Assembly (NCBI GenBank): GCA_051003195.1
Contig: JBPCLP010000045.1
Span: forward strand, 160,001 to 224,000
Source of the DNA: Candidatus Sumerlaeaceae bacterium
Lineage (GTDB): Bacteria > Sumerlaeota > Sumerlaeia > Sumerlaeales > Sumerlaeaceae
DNA: 64,000 nt
Reading direction: 5' to 3'
Part shown: piece after piece, positions 38,354 to 48,098 of the stretch
Layout of the letters: every line of letters starts with the position of its first letter
Position numbering within the stretch: position 1 is the stretch's first letter
Position numbers and translations under genes: made by a program
Notes under the pieces: model-generated
Databases searched by the model: none
The model's input: the letters and a program-made list of their open reading frames with translations, nothing else
Told to the model about the DNA's origin: nothing

Positions 38354-39854
38354 TTTTTATCCCTCGCAAATCAATGTTCTGCGATTTTCTGGCCGCGCGT
38401 TTCTTCGGCGCGGTCTTGTCCTTGCCAGCAATATGCCCGCAGTTGGGTGCATTAATACCTGAGTTTACCGGCGGAGTAATGCTGTTCGCCGTCGACGCTG
38501 ATGTGGCAGGTTTTGACTCCGCCGGTGGCCCCGTCATGACGGGCATCATCGATCCTTTTTCAACCGCATGCCCCGGTTGAAGATGTGCATAGCGCATAGT
38601 TGTAACGATCGATGCATGTCCCATCAGATCTTTAACCGTCGGCAGATCCACACCTGCCATCACCAGGTGAGAAGCGTATGTATGGCGCAGGGTATAATAT
38701 GTCACGTCTTCCCCCAAGCCTGCTGCTTCAACAGCCGTGCGGAACGCATTGGGAATCTGAGTTAGGGGCTTACCGGTTTCACCCGGGAACACCAACGGTG
38801 AGTTAAGCTGCGTCTCCAGTACAGCTACAACTCCGCGCGCGCGTTCGATCAGAACACGAGTTGAAGGAGGTCGTTCGTACCGCGCGAGCTCTTCAGGTCG
38901 CGGCATTCCCTTTCGCTTCTCAGCGTCTGCTCTCTCCCAAACCAGCAAGGAGTCTAGACGGCCACGAGCCTGCTTCAATCGCAGGACCCTATCGACAGAA
39001 TAAGCGTCGAGCGCCTCAAACAGCTCAGTTTTCGCACCAAGAGGTCGCCCTTTGCCGTTTTTAGGAATCCAGTCCCAGTGGAGCTTGGCTTGAATCAGAA
39101 CCCGCTGAATCGATGCGATGAGATCGCCCCATTCCAGGTGCAGCACTTCATCAGGTCTTTGTCCTGTGTATAGACCTACGCAGATCATCGCGTGTAGTGC
39201 GACCGGAGAAATCTCTATGGCGGACCGCTGCTCGATTTTCAATGCAGCGATCGACAAGCGTTTTGCCTCCTTCACTGACAAAAACCCAAGCCGTCCTTGC
39301 CCAGGCGCCGGTAGTTTGATGTCATCGCACGGGTTCTGACGCAGAAGCCCCTGCTTAACCGCCGGTTTAAGCGCCGCTCGCAGCAGGAAGTAACGCTTTC
39401 GAATACTTTCGGCGCTCGGCGGCCCGTCGGATGTATCGCTGGTAATGAACTTTTCTACGTCGCACTGTTCTAGCGTGTCGAGCCGTCGATCTGGACTAAA
39501 GCAGGCGATTGCGTCGCGCAGTATTTTAACGAGGTTTGAAAACGAATCGTCATTTCTGTAGTTGGCCGGCCGTTTACTGCATCTGGGTTCGAGCCAGGCA
39601 CTTACGGTCACACGCTTTTTTTCATTTTCCGCCTGCATCTGCCAGGGCGTGGAAAATCCGGCTTCCAAGGCTGGTTTTACATATTTACTGTAAAAAGCTC
39701 GCGCGCACTCGCGAGTGGCAAATCCATTGCGCTCATGTTTTACGGCGCGGCCATTTTTTTTCGTCCCATCCGTCCATTGTACGCGCCAACAGGACTTTTC
39801 TTGGCCATTCTTGGTCTTCCAAGTGCGCCGCTGAAACCACCGGTCATCTTTCAA
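38289..39854 (-). CDS. int: Tyrosine recombinase / phage-type integrase
   Basis: TGQRPDE (R), IPKNG (K), YTLRH (HxxR variant), LMGH, TTMRY (Y). Start uncertain: TTG 39854 overlapping the xis stop (GAGGAG upstream) or GTG 39944. Confidence 0.92.
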   Translation of the reverse strand: MKDDRWFQRRTWKTKNGQEKSCWRVQWTDGTKKNGRAVKHERNGFATRECARAFYSKYVKPALEAGFSTPWQMQAENEKKRVTVSAWLEPRCSKRPANYRNDDSFSNLVKILRDAIACFSPDRRLDTLEQCDVEKFITSDTSDGPPSAESIRKRYFLLRAALKPAVKQGLLRQNPCDDIKLPAPGQGRLGFLSVKEAKRLSIAALKIEQRSAIEISPVALHAMICVGLYTGQRPDEVLHLEWGDLIASIQRVLIQAKLHWDWIPKNGKGRPLGAKTELFEALDAYSVDRVLRLKQARGRLDSLLVWERADAEKRKGMPRPEELARYERPPSTRVLIERARGVVAVLETQLNSPLVFPGETGKPLTQIPNAFRTAVEAAGLGEDVTYYTLRHTYASHLVMAGVDLPTVKDLMGHASIVTTMRYAHLQPGHAVEKGSMMPVMTGPPAESKPATSASTANSITPPVNSGINAPNCGHIAGKDKTAPKKRAARKSQNIDLRGIKMERETSLELATSTLARWRSTN

Positions 39855-40114
39855 GTGTTTCCAAGCTCCTCGGCCTGTCGCTTGCGCTCCGGCGGCATTT
39901 CTGAGTAATCGGGGGCCGAAGACGACGCTGTTCCTTCGACCCACTTGACTAAGGCGCTGCCCGCAATTCGTATACGTCTGCCGGGGCGCTCAGTGTCAGG
40001 GCCGTTTCCCCGGTTTATTGCATTATACATTGCCTTCGGAGTCATCGCGACGATAGCCGCGGCAGTTTTCACCGAAAGATACCGATCTCGCCAGTCGCTC
40101 GGCACGGTCTCCAT
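39851..40114 (-). CDS. Excisionase-like helix-turn-helix protein
   Basis: RYLSVKTAAAIV..TPKAMYNAINRG.GP...GRRIRI...LVKWV (HTH_17/AlpA-like), directly upstream of the integrase. Confidence 0.8.
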   Translation of the reverse strand: METVPSDWRDRYLSVKTAAAIVAMTPKAMYNAINRGNGPDTERPGRRIRIAGSALVKWVEGTASSSAPDYSEMPPERKRQAEELGNT

Positions 40115-40197
40115 ATTGCACCCTCGAACTCTGTAGTCTCGTTGTTGCCGCCTAGATAACCTGTGGCCGTCGAAATAATTCACAGAGTGCTCGTTTT

Positions 40198-40217
40198 ACT
40201 TAACTTAACTTAACTCA
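40198..40217. promoter_or_regulatory. Tandem ACTTA pentamers in the xis upstream region
   Basis: ACTTA ACTTA ACTTA ACTCA in an AT-rich gap between divergent ORFs. Confidence 0.45.
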
Positions 40218-40257
40218 TAAATTGTTTACTCCATAGCCGCTGTGTCGAATTCGGTAA

Positions 40258-40533
40258 GTGATTCGAACCACAGTTGGGGGCAAAACCACAGAAAAGCTCT
40301 GGGTTTTCCGGGAACTTAAACGTGCATTCGAGGCTAGAAACCTAGTTCGGTACGAGCGCACCGCACGCCTGCTGGCCGACCTGATGGGCTATCAGTCAGC
40401 GGAAAGTGAGCGCAACCGGTTCCGGTACCGCACCACGAACGCAGAGGGTCTCGCCACCGTGATTGACTTGCTATGCGTGCCTGACGCACGCCGCGATCGC
40501 ATGCGCACTGGAGTTGTTCATCACGGTGGATGA
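40258..40533 (+). CDS. Hypothetical protein divergent from xis-int
   Basis: 91 aa ORF; no motif recognised. Confidence 0.4.
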   Translation: MIRTTVGGKTTEKLWVFRELKRAFEARNLVRYERTARLLADLMGYQSAESERNRFRYRTTNAEGLATVIDLLCVPDARRDRMRTGVVHHGG

Positions 40534-40553
40534 GTACGCCTCAAGAACTCGGC

Positions 40554-40865
40554 TCAAAACCGAAGCTGCCGGCCCAGTATGAATCCGCACGTGCACGGAT
40601 AGACAGCGGCGCCACAGCCGGCGGCCATCTCCGCCTCGGCAATGGTCGCAGCTTTGAATTTTGTGACGCCCAGTTCCAGGTGCAGCCGCACTACCTCGGC
40701 CATCTTATGCGTTTTAATGTGCGGACGCAGCCGCTTCGCTCCGCCGACGGTGGCAACCATCCGCCGGATGTTTTGAGTTATGCGGTCGGGGTAAACCAAC
40801 AGGGCAGGGGACGCCACCTCATCGGCGCCATCCAGCTCAAACCAGTTCTTTTCATCAGGGTCCAT
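40554..40865 (-). pseudogene. Truncated D-threonine aldolase family (alanine-racemase-fold PLP) enzyme
   Basis: SPALLVY..I..NI..M....LRPHIKTHK...KFKAATIAEAE; similarity ends after ~86 aa of a family normally several times longer. Confidence 0.82.
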
Positions 40866-40896
40866 CCGCCCATTGAGCTGTCCACGCGTGCCGGAT

Positions 40897-41490
40897 TCAA
40901 GAGAACAACTGCACGTAACGTTTTACATTCCCGAAGGTAAACAACGGCATTACGAGGACAAGAAATCGGGAAAGCAGCCAAATCTGGCTCAACAGGGGTG
41001 TAACGCGCATCCTCTGACATGATGAGCGTCCTTGAGTAAAAAACAGCAGCACACGCTTTTCCAGTAGCTGGGAATGTTTATCCAGAAAAGCTTCGCTATT
41101 AATTTCCGCTCCGAACTGTTCCAGTACGAACTGAACAAGGCGCAACCAGGCGTATGTAAGCGTTTCATGGTATCCACCAGCAGGCGACTGTGCAATGGCA
41201 TGTGCCGTATTATATTGTTGCACACCATAGCGCATTTTCTGCAACGCCGCGGTCCAGTTGTTTCCGCACAAGTACAGGTATGCAACGCGCAGGTGTTCCC
41301 TATGGTGCCATTGATTCAATGGCAGTGAGGTGTTCTCGAAAGCCGCGAGAAAATCATGGTCGGACAATTCAGACGCAAACGTTATAAGATTGCCCCGCGG
41401 TTCGTTTCCAGGCGCGGTCTTAGATTGTCCCAGTATGAGTTGGTAAAAATGCACGTCCTGCCATTGTCCGGCTGAGCATACGCAGCTCAC
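40897..41490 (-). pseudogene. Frameshifted conserved hypothetical protein
   Basis: FLAAFE..L....WHHREHLRVAY..YHETLTYAW; expected tail YSR.LIMSEDAR...VEPDL lies in another frame after the A6 run at 41038-41043. Confidence 0.6.
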
Positions 41491-41986
41491 CGCTTTCCAT
41501 CATCGCCACAGGCAAATGTGATTGGTGCAGTAATTTCCACGTATGATGCTGGGACTGCGGTTCAAAGTTCTCGCTTTCTGATGAAGATGAGCATGACTGC
41601 GGCTGCGACCGATTCTGGCTAACTGTAATAGAAGAACAGCTGATGGAAGATGCTAGGGAGATTCCTCGTACGGCTGTGGAGCTGTTTCTGTGCCTCCTCG
41701 ACGGAGTAGTGCTCCCAGTGGATCGAAGACCCCTTGCATAGCGTCCCTTGAGGATCAGCAATTGAAAAATACGGCTGAATCCTAAGGTTGACTTGAGCAA
41801 ATGTTGCGGGTGTAAGCGACCAATGAACTTACGGTTGCCGACGATTGCAGGACCATAAGTTATGAGGGTCTCCATTATCCAACAAGCGGTGGCGCGTTTC
41901 ATATTTCCGAGTTCCCACAATCACCAACTAACCACCGCCAGACAGTCTCAGGAGAATTACTTTCAGCTTCACTGTGGAAGCACCTC

Positions 41987-44170
41987 ATGCCTTTAAAAAA
42001 GCATGTCCGAACTGCTTCTCAGAAGCCTCCGGCGCATCCAGAGTTCGAACAAATTCCTTTCAAGATGCACCCGCGGGTGTTTGCGGCGTTGGGTGCGGAC
42101 CTCGTTACGAACGACATAGTCGCTGTGATCGAACTGGTTAAAAACTCCTATGACGCATTTTCCAAGAACGTTTGGCTGCGGTTCGGCTCGGACCGCGAGC
42201 ATGGGCGATACCTAGAGATCGAGGATCATGGGACCGGGATGACCAAGGGTATCATCGAGAATGTTTGGTGCGTAGTCGCAACGCCGTTTAAGGAGCAGCA
42301 TCCTTATGGTACTCTGGGAAACAAAACAAGGCGCGTGGCTGGTGAAAAAGGACTCGGCAGATTATCCGCCGCTCGGCTGGGAGCTCGATTGCAGATGCTT
42401 ACCCAAAGCCAAGGGGAGGCGTGCTGGGAACTGTGGGTGGACTGGAGTAGTATTGCATCCGAAAAGGAATTTGAACACTGCGCAGCACAGTTACGACGAT
42501 ACAGCAGCAGGTCCCCTTTCCCCATCTCAGGGACAATCGTACGTGTGTTTAACCTGAAATCGGAATGGTCTGAATCCGAGCTTGCAGATCTTGAGGAGAA
42601 TCTGGGGCGCCTAATTTCACCCTTCGAACAACTCGGAGAGTTTAACATCTACCTTACCGCGCCAGGTAAAACGAAGGGCGATGAGGTAAAGATCCAAGCT
42701 CCCAAGTTCTTGGCCCATCCGAAGTATTTGATACAAGGAAATGCCGACAAAGCGGGGAACCTAAGCACCACGTATAAGTTTGCTCCCATGTCAGAGGGAA
42801 AGGCTCGAACTGTAAAACGCCGCCTAACATGGGAACAGGTGTTCACACAATTGGACAAAAAGGAGCAGAGTGCATTTAACCCTGACCGTGCGAACTGCGG
42901 CCCCTTCTCGTTTGAGATACGCGCCTGGGAGATTAATGCTGAAGGTACCGAGGAGATCTCAAAACGTTTTGACTTTCAGAAGGCCAATGTGCGCAGAGCC
43001 ATCAGGGTCCACAAGGGAATATCCGTATACCGGGACGGCATCCTTGTACTACCAAAGTCAGAAACTGCGCGCGATTGGCTCGGGCTCGACCTTAGACGCG
43101 TTAGTTGGGTAGGTCCGCGACTGAGCACCAGCCAGATCGTTGGCTTTGTATCCATTTCAAAGGACGGCAATCCAGCGATACTTGATACCAGCGATCGGGA
43201 GCGATTAGTGGCCACACCGGCTGTCGCAGAATTCGAAAAACTCATGATCGCCATTGTGGAAATTCTCGAACAAGAGCGTATCGCAGACAAACCGAAATCC
43301 TCGAAGGATAAACCGATGGAAGATCTGTTTTCCTCACTAACAGCCGAGGATCTACTGGCCGAAGTAATCGCTCTAGCAGAAGAAGGAGCACCTGTTTCAG
43401 ATGCTTTGCCGATGCTGCGCACCTTTAATGCGTCTCTCGACACTGCTCGTAAGGCCATACAGGAACGTTTTATATATTACAGCCGTTTAGCAACTGTCGG
43501 CACGATTGCACATATGCTGGTGCACGAGATTCGTAATCGGACCACGGCGCTTGGCTCCTTCCTAGATTTTATCAGGAGCCGCTTCGGACCGTTTAATAAA
43601 GATGAACTCGCGACGGAGTTTAATGCAGCGAATGCGTCGGTAGATGCTCTCGAACGCCTTGCAGACACGTTTCTCCCTCTTGCAAGCCGCTCCTTCCGCC
43701 GCCGTGTAAGACATTCTATTCTGGAAGAGCGGATTGCCGAATGTCTGCGCCTCAATTCTGGAGAACTCTCCCAAAAAGGAATTCGAACTTCGGTCCCTCG
43801 GTCAAATACGGTCTTGGCAGTCGACCCTGGTGAACTGGACGCCATTCTCTTGAACCTTATCACCAACAGCCTTTACTGGCTTTCAGAGGTTCCTAAGGAG
43901 CAGCGCCAAATGGAGTTTAAGCTGACGAAAATAAATGACGGCAACCGCGTTCGTGTTTGGGCGCATGACTCTGGGCCTGGCATCAAAGAAGGCGAAGCCG
44001 AAAAAGTGTTCTGGCCGGGGATAACTCGAAAAGCGGGCGGAATTGGAATGGGACTGACCGTCGCCTCTGAACTAGTCGTGGAATACGGGGGCAGAATGAT
44101 AGCTCGGGTGCCTGGTTCCTTGGGCGGTGCCTCATTTGCGTTCGACCTCCCCATGAAAGATGTCGTATGA
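41987..44170 (+). CDS. GHKL (MutL/MORC-like) ATPase fused to a histidine kinase
   Basis: N-terminal ELVKNSYDA, IEDHGTGM, GEKGLGRLS; central YRDGILVLP; C-terminal H-box LVHEIRN, N-box NLITNS, HDSGPGI, GIGMGL. No TM segment. Confidence 0.9.
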   Translation: MPLKKHVRTASQKPPAHPEFEQIPFKMHPRVFAALGADLVTNDIVAVIELVKNSYDAFSKNVWLRFGSDREHGRYLEIEDHGTGMTKGIIENVWCVVATPFKEQHPYGTLGNKTRRVAGEKGLGRLSAARLGARLQMLTQSQGEACWELWVDWSSIASEKEFEHCAAQLRRYSSRSPFPISGTIVRVFNLKSEWSESELADLEENLGRLISPFEQLGEFNIYLTAPGKTKGDEVKIQAPKFLAHPKYLIQGNADKAGNLSTTYKFAPMSEGKARTVKRRLTWEQVFTQLDKKEQSAFNPDRANCGPFSFEIRAWEINAEGTEEISKRFDFQKANVRRAIRVHKGISVYRDGILVLPKSETARDWLGLDLRRVSWVGPRLSTSQIVGFVSISKDGNPAILDTSDRERLVATPAVAEFEKLMIAIVEILEQERIADKPKSSKDKPMEDLFSSLTAEDLLAEVIALAEEGAPVSDALPMLRTFNASLDTARKAIQERFIYYSRLATVGTIAHMLVHEIRNRTTALGSFLDFIRSRFGPFNKDELATEFNAANASVDALERLADTFLPLASRSFRRRVRHSILEERIAECLRLNSGELSQKGIRTSVPRSNTVLAVDPGELDAILLNLITNSLYWLSEVPKEQRQMEFKLTKINDGNRVRVWAHDSGPGIKEGEAEKVFWPGITRKAGGIGMGLTVASELVVEYGGRMIARVPGSLGGASFAFDLPMKDVV

Positions 44171-45264
44171 AAGTTCTCTTCATCGAAGATGACCCACCTG
44201 CGGTTGAGCCGGCACAACGGCGCTTTGAAAAATCGGGAGCAATCTGCACAATCTGCAATTTTGACGAAGCACAGCAAAGGATTAACGAGACTTCTCCAGA
44301 TGTCGTAATTCTCGATTGGTTTCGAGGCGCTCCCGCAGAAGGAGAAACTGCAGGGGCGGAGGTCTTTAACTTCATTTGGAACCAGCGATTTTGTCCATTA
44401 GTCGTGTATTCTGCCGAGGCCAATCTGGCTGAGGAAGGACGCGAACGCCACCCGTTTGTTAACTATGTGCGTAAAGGCAGAGGCAGTGTGGACGCTTTGG
44501 AGCAATGCGTTGCCGGGTTTCAGGGCCATATAGAGTCGATTAGAGACGCTGAAAAGGAAGTAAGTCGGCAGTTCGCCATCGCGTTAAAAGTCGTTGCTCC
44601 TCATGCGTTCGCTCATGTGCAGAGCGCAGACGAGCGCCGGGAAATCATTGTTCGTGCGGGCAGACGTAGACTGGCAGCACTCATGGACGAATTGTCGTTG
44701 GAGGGGGAGCCCTTAAAAAGCTGGGAGCATTATCTGGTTCCACCCGTTAGCGAGGATCTTCAATTAGGAGATCTGTTGCGCCTCAATTCATCTAAGGATG
44801 ATGATCCAACTGCGTTTAGACTCGTACTTACGCCGTCGTGCGACACAGCGACCAGCGGAAAGCGAAAACCGAAAGTGGCCTGCATTTTGACGGCACAATG
44901 TTGCACCATGCAACAAGGGCTCGCCAGTGTGGGACTCGGAGAAACCGGAGACAAGAAACTTCGCGAACGCTTACAGTGTGAGATTTTAACGCATGGGCAC
45001 TTTCAGGCGATGATTCCCTTTCCAAAGTTTGCTGGCGTGATACCTACGATGGCGGCATCTTTGCGGGATTTGGAGCTAATTTCATTAGATATGATTGGTG
45101 AAGGGAAGGAATATCGCCGTGTAGCCGCAGTAGACAGCCCGTTTCGCGAGCACATTGCGTGGGCTTATCTGCAAACAGCTTGCCGCCCTGCCCTTCCTGA
45201 TCGAGATCTGGTGAACTGGTGCGAGGAGATCCTAAGCGCAAACAAGAAAGTGGAGCAACAATAG
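44167..45264 (+). CDS. Receiver-domain protein with an uncharacterised C-terminal domain
   Basis: KVLFIEDD, DVVILDW, VVYSA, YVRKG (REC); C-terminal LGDLL..LVLTPSCD; no HTH output domain. ATGA-coupled to the kinase. Confidence 0.85.
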   Translation: MKVLFIEDDPPAVEPAQRRFEKSGAICTICNFDEAQQRINETSPDVVILDWFRGAPAEGETAGAEVFNFIWNQRFCPLVVYSAEANLAEEGRERHPFVNYVRKGRGSVDALEQCVAGFQGHIESIRDAEKEVSRQFAIALKVVAPHAFAHVQSADERREIIVRAGRRRLAALMDELSLEGEPLKSWEHYLVPPVSEDLQLGDLLRLNSSKDDDPTAFRLVLTPSCDTATSGKRKPKVACILTAQCCTMQQGLASVGLGETGDKKLRERLQCEILTHGHFQAMIPFPKFAGVIPTMAASLRDLELISLDMIGEGKEYRRVAAVDSPFREHIAWAYLQTACRPALPDRDLVNWCEEILSANKKVEQQ

Positions 45265-46319
45265 TGCTAGTTGCGTTCGACTTTTTCTGTGGAGCCGGCG
45301 GCTTAACTCGCGGGCTTCTCGACTCCGGAATCAAAGTATTAGCAGGATTCGACAAAGAGGCCAGTTGTGAGGAATCCTACAAGACGAACAATGGCGATGC
45401 CAAGTTCATCTGTACAGATATCTGCGATATTACCTTGGGGAAGCTTATAAAGCTTAATCCTGATGCTCGCAATTTTAGGAATGTTATCTTCGCCGGATGC
45501 GCCCCCTGTCAGCCATTTAGCTCACATCGTCGAGCAAAGACATTCACCAGAGACGCAACACTTCTTCTTCAGTTTGGACGCTTAGTCAAAGCCGCTCGCC
45601 CTGGCTGGGTTCTCATTGAGAATGTGCCAGGTATGGCAAAGATCAAAGGATTCAGTGCGTTCCGCCGATTTCTGGCCACCCTGGCTAGCTGCGACTATGA
45701 GGTTGATTACGGGGTATTGGATGCCAAACAATTCGGGGTACCACAAACGCGCAGGCGCCTTGTTCTCTTGGCCAGTCGCCACGTACCTGTTACACTACCC
45801 AAGCCAAAGTTCGGCCCCGTATTGCGGCCATACCGAACGGTGAGGCAGGCAATCACGCATTTCCCGCAACTCCCGGCCGGTGGAGCGTGCGATGAAATTC
45901 CGAATCACGTTGCCTCGGTCATCACGCAGTTGAATCTTGAGCGGCTCGCCGCCACGCCAATTGACGGGGGCACTCGGGCAGCTTGGCCAGCGCATCTCCA
46001 CTTGAAGTGCCATTCGGGGGGATATGCTGGGCATACGGACGTCTACGGCAGAATGGCGTGGGATGAACCATCACCTACACTCACCGGTAAATGCAATAGT
46101 ATCTCGAATGGTCGTTATGGGCATCCGACTCAACACCGGGCAATTTCCCTTCGAGAAGCTGCCGCGATCCAGAGCTTCCCTGATGGGTACCAATTTTTCG
46201 GAAGTATGGGCGAAGTCGCTACGCAAATTGGAAATGCTGTTCCGGTAAAATTGGCTCATGAACTCGGGAAACATATCATCGGGTTGGCGGCTCATCAGCA
46301 GGGCAGAATACCAACCTAG
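45264..46319 (+). CDS. DNA (cytosine-5)-methyltransferase
   Basis: DFFCGAGG, PCQPFS, ENVPG, PQTRRR, SLREAAAIQSFP, QIGNAVP; GTG 45264 overlaps the upstream TAG. Confidence 0.95.
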   Translation: MLVAFDFFCGAGGLTRGLLDSGIKVLAGFDKEASCEESYKTNNGDAKFICTDICDITLGKLIKLNPDARNFRNVIFAGCAPCQPFSSHRRAKTFTRDATLLLQFGRLVKAARPGWVLIENVPGMAKIKGFSAFRRFLATLASCDYEVDYGVLDAKQFGVPQTRRRLVLLASRHVPVTLPKPKFGPVLRPYRTVRQAITHFPQLPAGGACDEIPNHVASVITQLNLERLAATPIDGGTRAAWPAHLHLKCHSGGYAGHTDVYGRMAWDEPSPTLTGKCNSISNGRYGHPTQHRAISLREAAAIQSFPDGYQFFGSMGEVATQIGNAVPVKLAHELGKHIIGLAAHQQGRIPT

Positions 46320-46814
46320 GAACCTTCCTGCCCATACGTACAATGCGCATGAATCTTGCCGAGAGGAACATGTGAGCAGTGAGAGTAACACCTACGCTGC
46401 TTTGGACCAGGGTCGGGTTTGTAACTGGCATTAGCGAAAAAAGCATTCGAGCAATTGCCAAACATGCTCCGACATTCTTTCCGCCTGACCACCATCGATT
46501 TCCCCATACAGCCCATGGACCGGATTTTGCAGGGCACTGAGGTTCTTCAAAAGCTGCTTATGGGCAGCAATAAGTTCCTCGAGCCTTCTTCCCCTTCGAG
46601 GAATTTGCCTTGGTATCTCCGAGCATGACCCCGGCCATCATCAATTCCTCTGACCTGTAGTCGCACACCAGTAAAACGGCGCTGAGTCTGCATCGACTCG
46701 CTGGTTTTCGTTTGCAATCTAGAACGACTGCAGGCCCTACTGCTGTTGCGCCTGATTGCCTTTCGTCCCAAAGCAGCGAATAGGGGGATCAGTGCAAAAC
46801 AGCGGGAAGCAAGC

Positions 46815-48098
46815 ATGGCCATTTACACAACCTACGATCCAACGCTGTCCTGTGACGAAACGGAAGCCAAGTGGTTCCGCGTGGCGATCCTGTGGGCCCT
46901 TGAGAAGAAGCTCGATGGGCGAGCCACTCGCGCCCAAGTTTTGGAGCACGTCTACGACCTAATGCGCGACGGGCTGACTGACTGGGATGAGGAAGTCCTT
47001 CCAAGTGGTCAGGAGATTCGCTGGAAAACAAAGGCAAGCTGGGAACGGTTTCATATGGTGGATGATCGGCTCTTGAGCAAGGATTCCGCTCATGGCGTGT
47101 GGGAAATCACCACTGCTGGCCGCGAGTTTTTCATCCAATACTTTAGTGACTGGATGGAATGTTGGGAGGAAGGTCGGCACTGGGTTTCCGCAAGCAAAAG
47201 GTCAGCGGCGTTGGCTCAAACGCTCTCATCCATTCCGAAACCAGACCCGCTTTCAACTCTTCGAGATCTGCTTCGCTGGCGCGTGGTCCGCGAGGGACAG
47301 TCCACAAGCGAGTGCAGTAAAACATTGATTCTAAATCCTGCTGATTTTCAACACAACTCTGCAACCGTGGTCATAATCAAGCAGTGGAAGGGTCTGTTTT
47401 TCGACCAGTTGCTCTGTGGCTTTGATTCCACTTTCAGCATCTGCAAAAGCAGCGACACGAACGGCCACCTGTATTTCCCCGCAGCTGAATTAGGCGCGAA
47501 ACTTTCACCGGATTATTTCTCAGTGCCACGCGAGATTCGTCTATGGCCTGCCGCCGGTAAGCTGTTTCGCCCTGTCACCATTGCGGAGGTCCAGTTTGGG
47601 GTCTCCTGTAAGCTATGTGAATTGTGCGGTGCGGAACCGCTTTCAATTCGCCGTCATATTGCGGCACATGTGAACGACTTCTTCTCCCAAGTAACGGATT
47701 ACAGCACACTACCTCGCAAGCTGTCGGGACTTCCTGCTGCTGTATATCGCTGTAACAGTTGTCGCTTCTATTCCGTCTCAGGGGGACGACTTAACCCCAC
47801 GTCCGCCATTGCGAACCACGTAGAGAAAGCACATCGGGGCAAGCTAGGATCTTTTTCCGTTATAACGGACTATGCAGAAATCGTTGAAAGCAGCGGGATG
47901 GATTTGCCACTTTTATACGAGTGTATTTCTTGCGGTGGATTACTTCCCAGCACCGATTTGGAAACAGTTATCCGGCACTTTGATCAGCACCAAGGACATT
48001 GGGAAAGCCTTTTTCAAAAGTCTGATCAATTGTCGAGCTCCTCGGGATCTTTCGTCCGTACGGAAGAGAGCGGGGGCGAGATATGTCGCAGTTATTAA
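46815..48098 (+). CDS. Mrr_N-like winged-helix protein with three C2H2-type zinc fingers
   Basis: ILWAL....GRA....V..LPSGQEIRW....SWER..M....L......GVWEIT..GR (Mrr_N-like); three CxxC..HxxxH motifs in the C-terminal third. Confidence 0.72.
   Translation: MAIYTTYDPTLSCDETEAKWFRVAILWALEKKLDGRATRAQVLEHVYDLMRDGLTDWDEEVLPSGQEIRWKTKASWERFHMVDDRLLSKDSAHGVWEITTAGREFFIQYFSDWMECWEEGRHWVSASKRSAALAQTLSSIPKPDPLSTLRDLLRWRVVREGQSTSECSKTLILNPADFQHNSATVVIIKQWKGLFFDQLLCGFDSTFSICKSSDTNGHLYFPAAELGAKLSPDYFSVPREIRLWPAAGKLFRPVTIAEVQFGVSCKLCELCGAEPLSIRRHIAAHVNDFFSQVTDYSTLPRKLSGLPAAVYRCNSCRFYSVSGGRLNPTSAIANHVEKAHRGKLGSFSVITDYAEIVESSGMDLPLLYECISCGGLLPSTDLETVIRHFDQHQGHWESLFQKSDQLSSSSGSFVRTEESGGEICRSY

Noticed and set aside
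46316..46822. Small minus-strand ORFs between the first methylase and the zinc-finger gene
   Set aside because: No motif or RBS support; possibly a remnant but not assignable.
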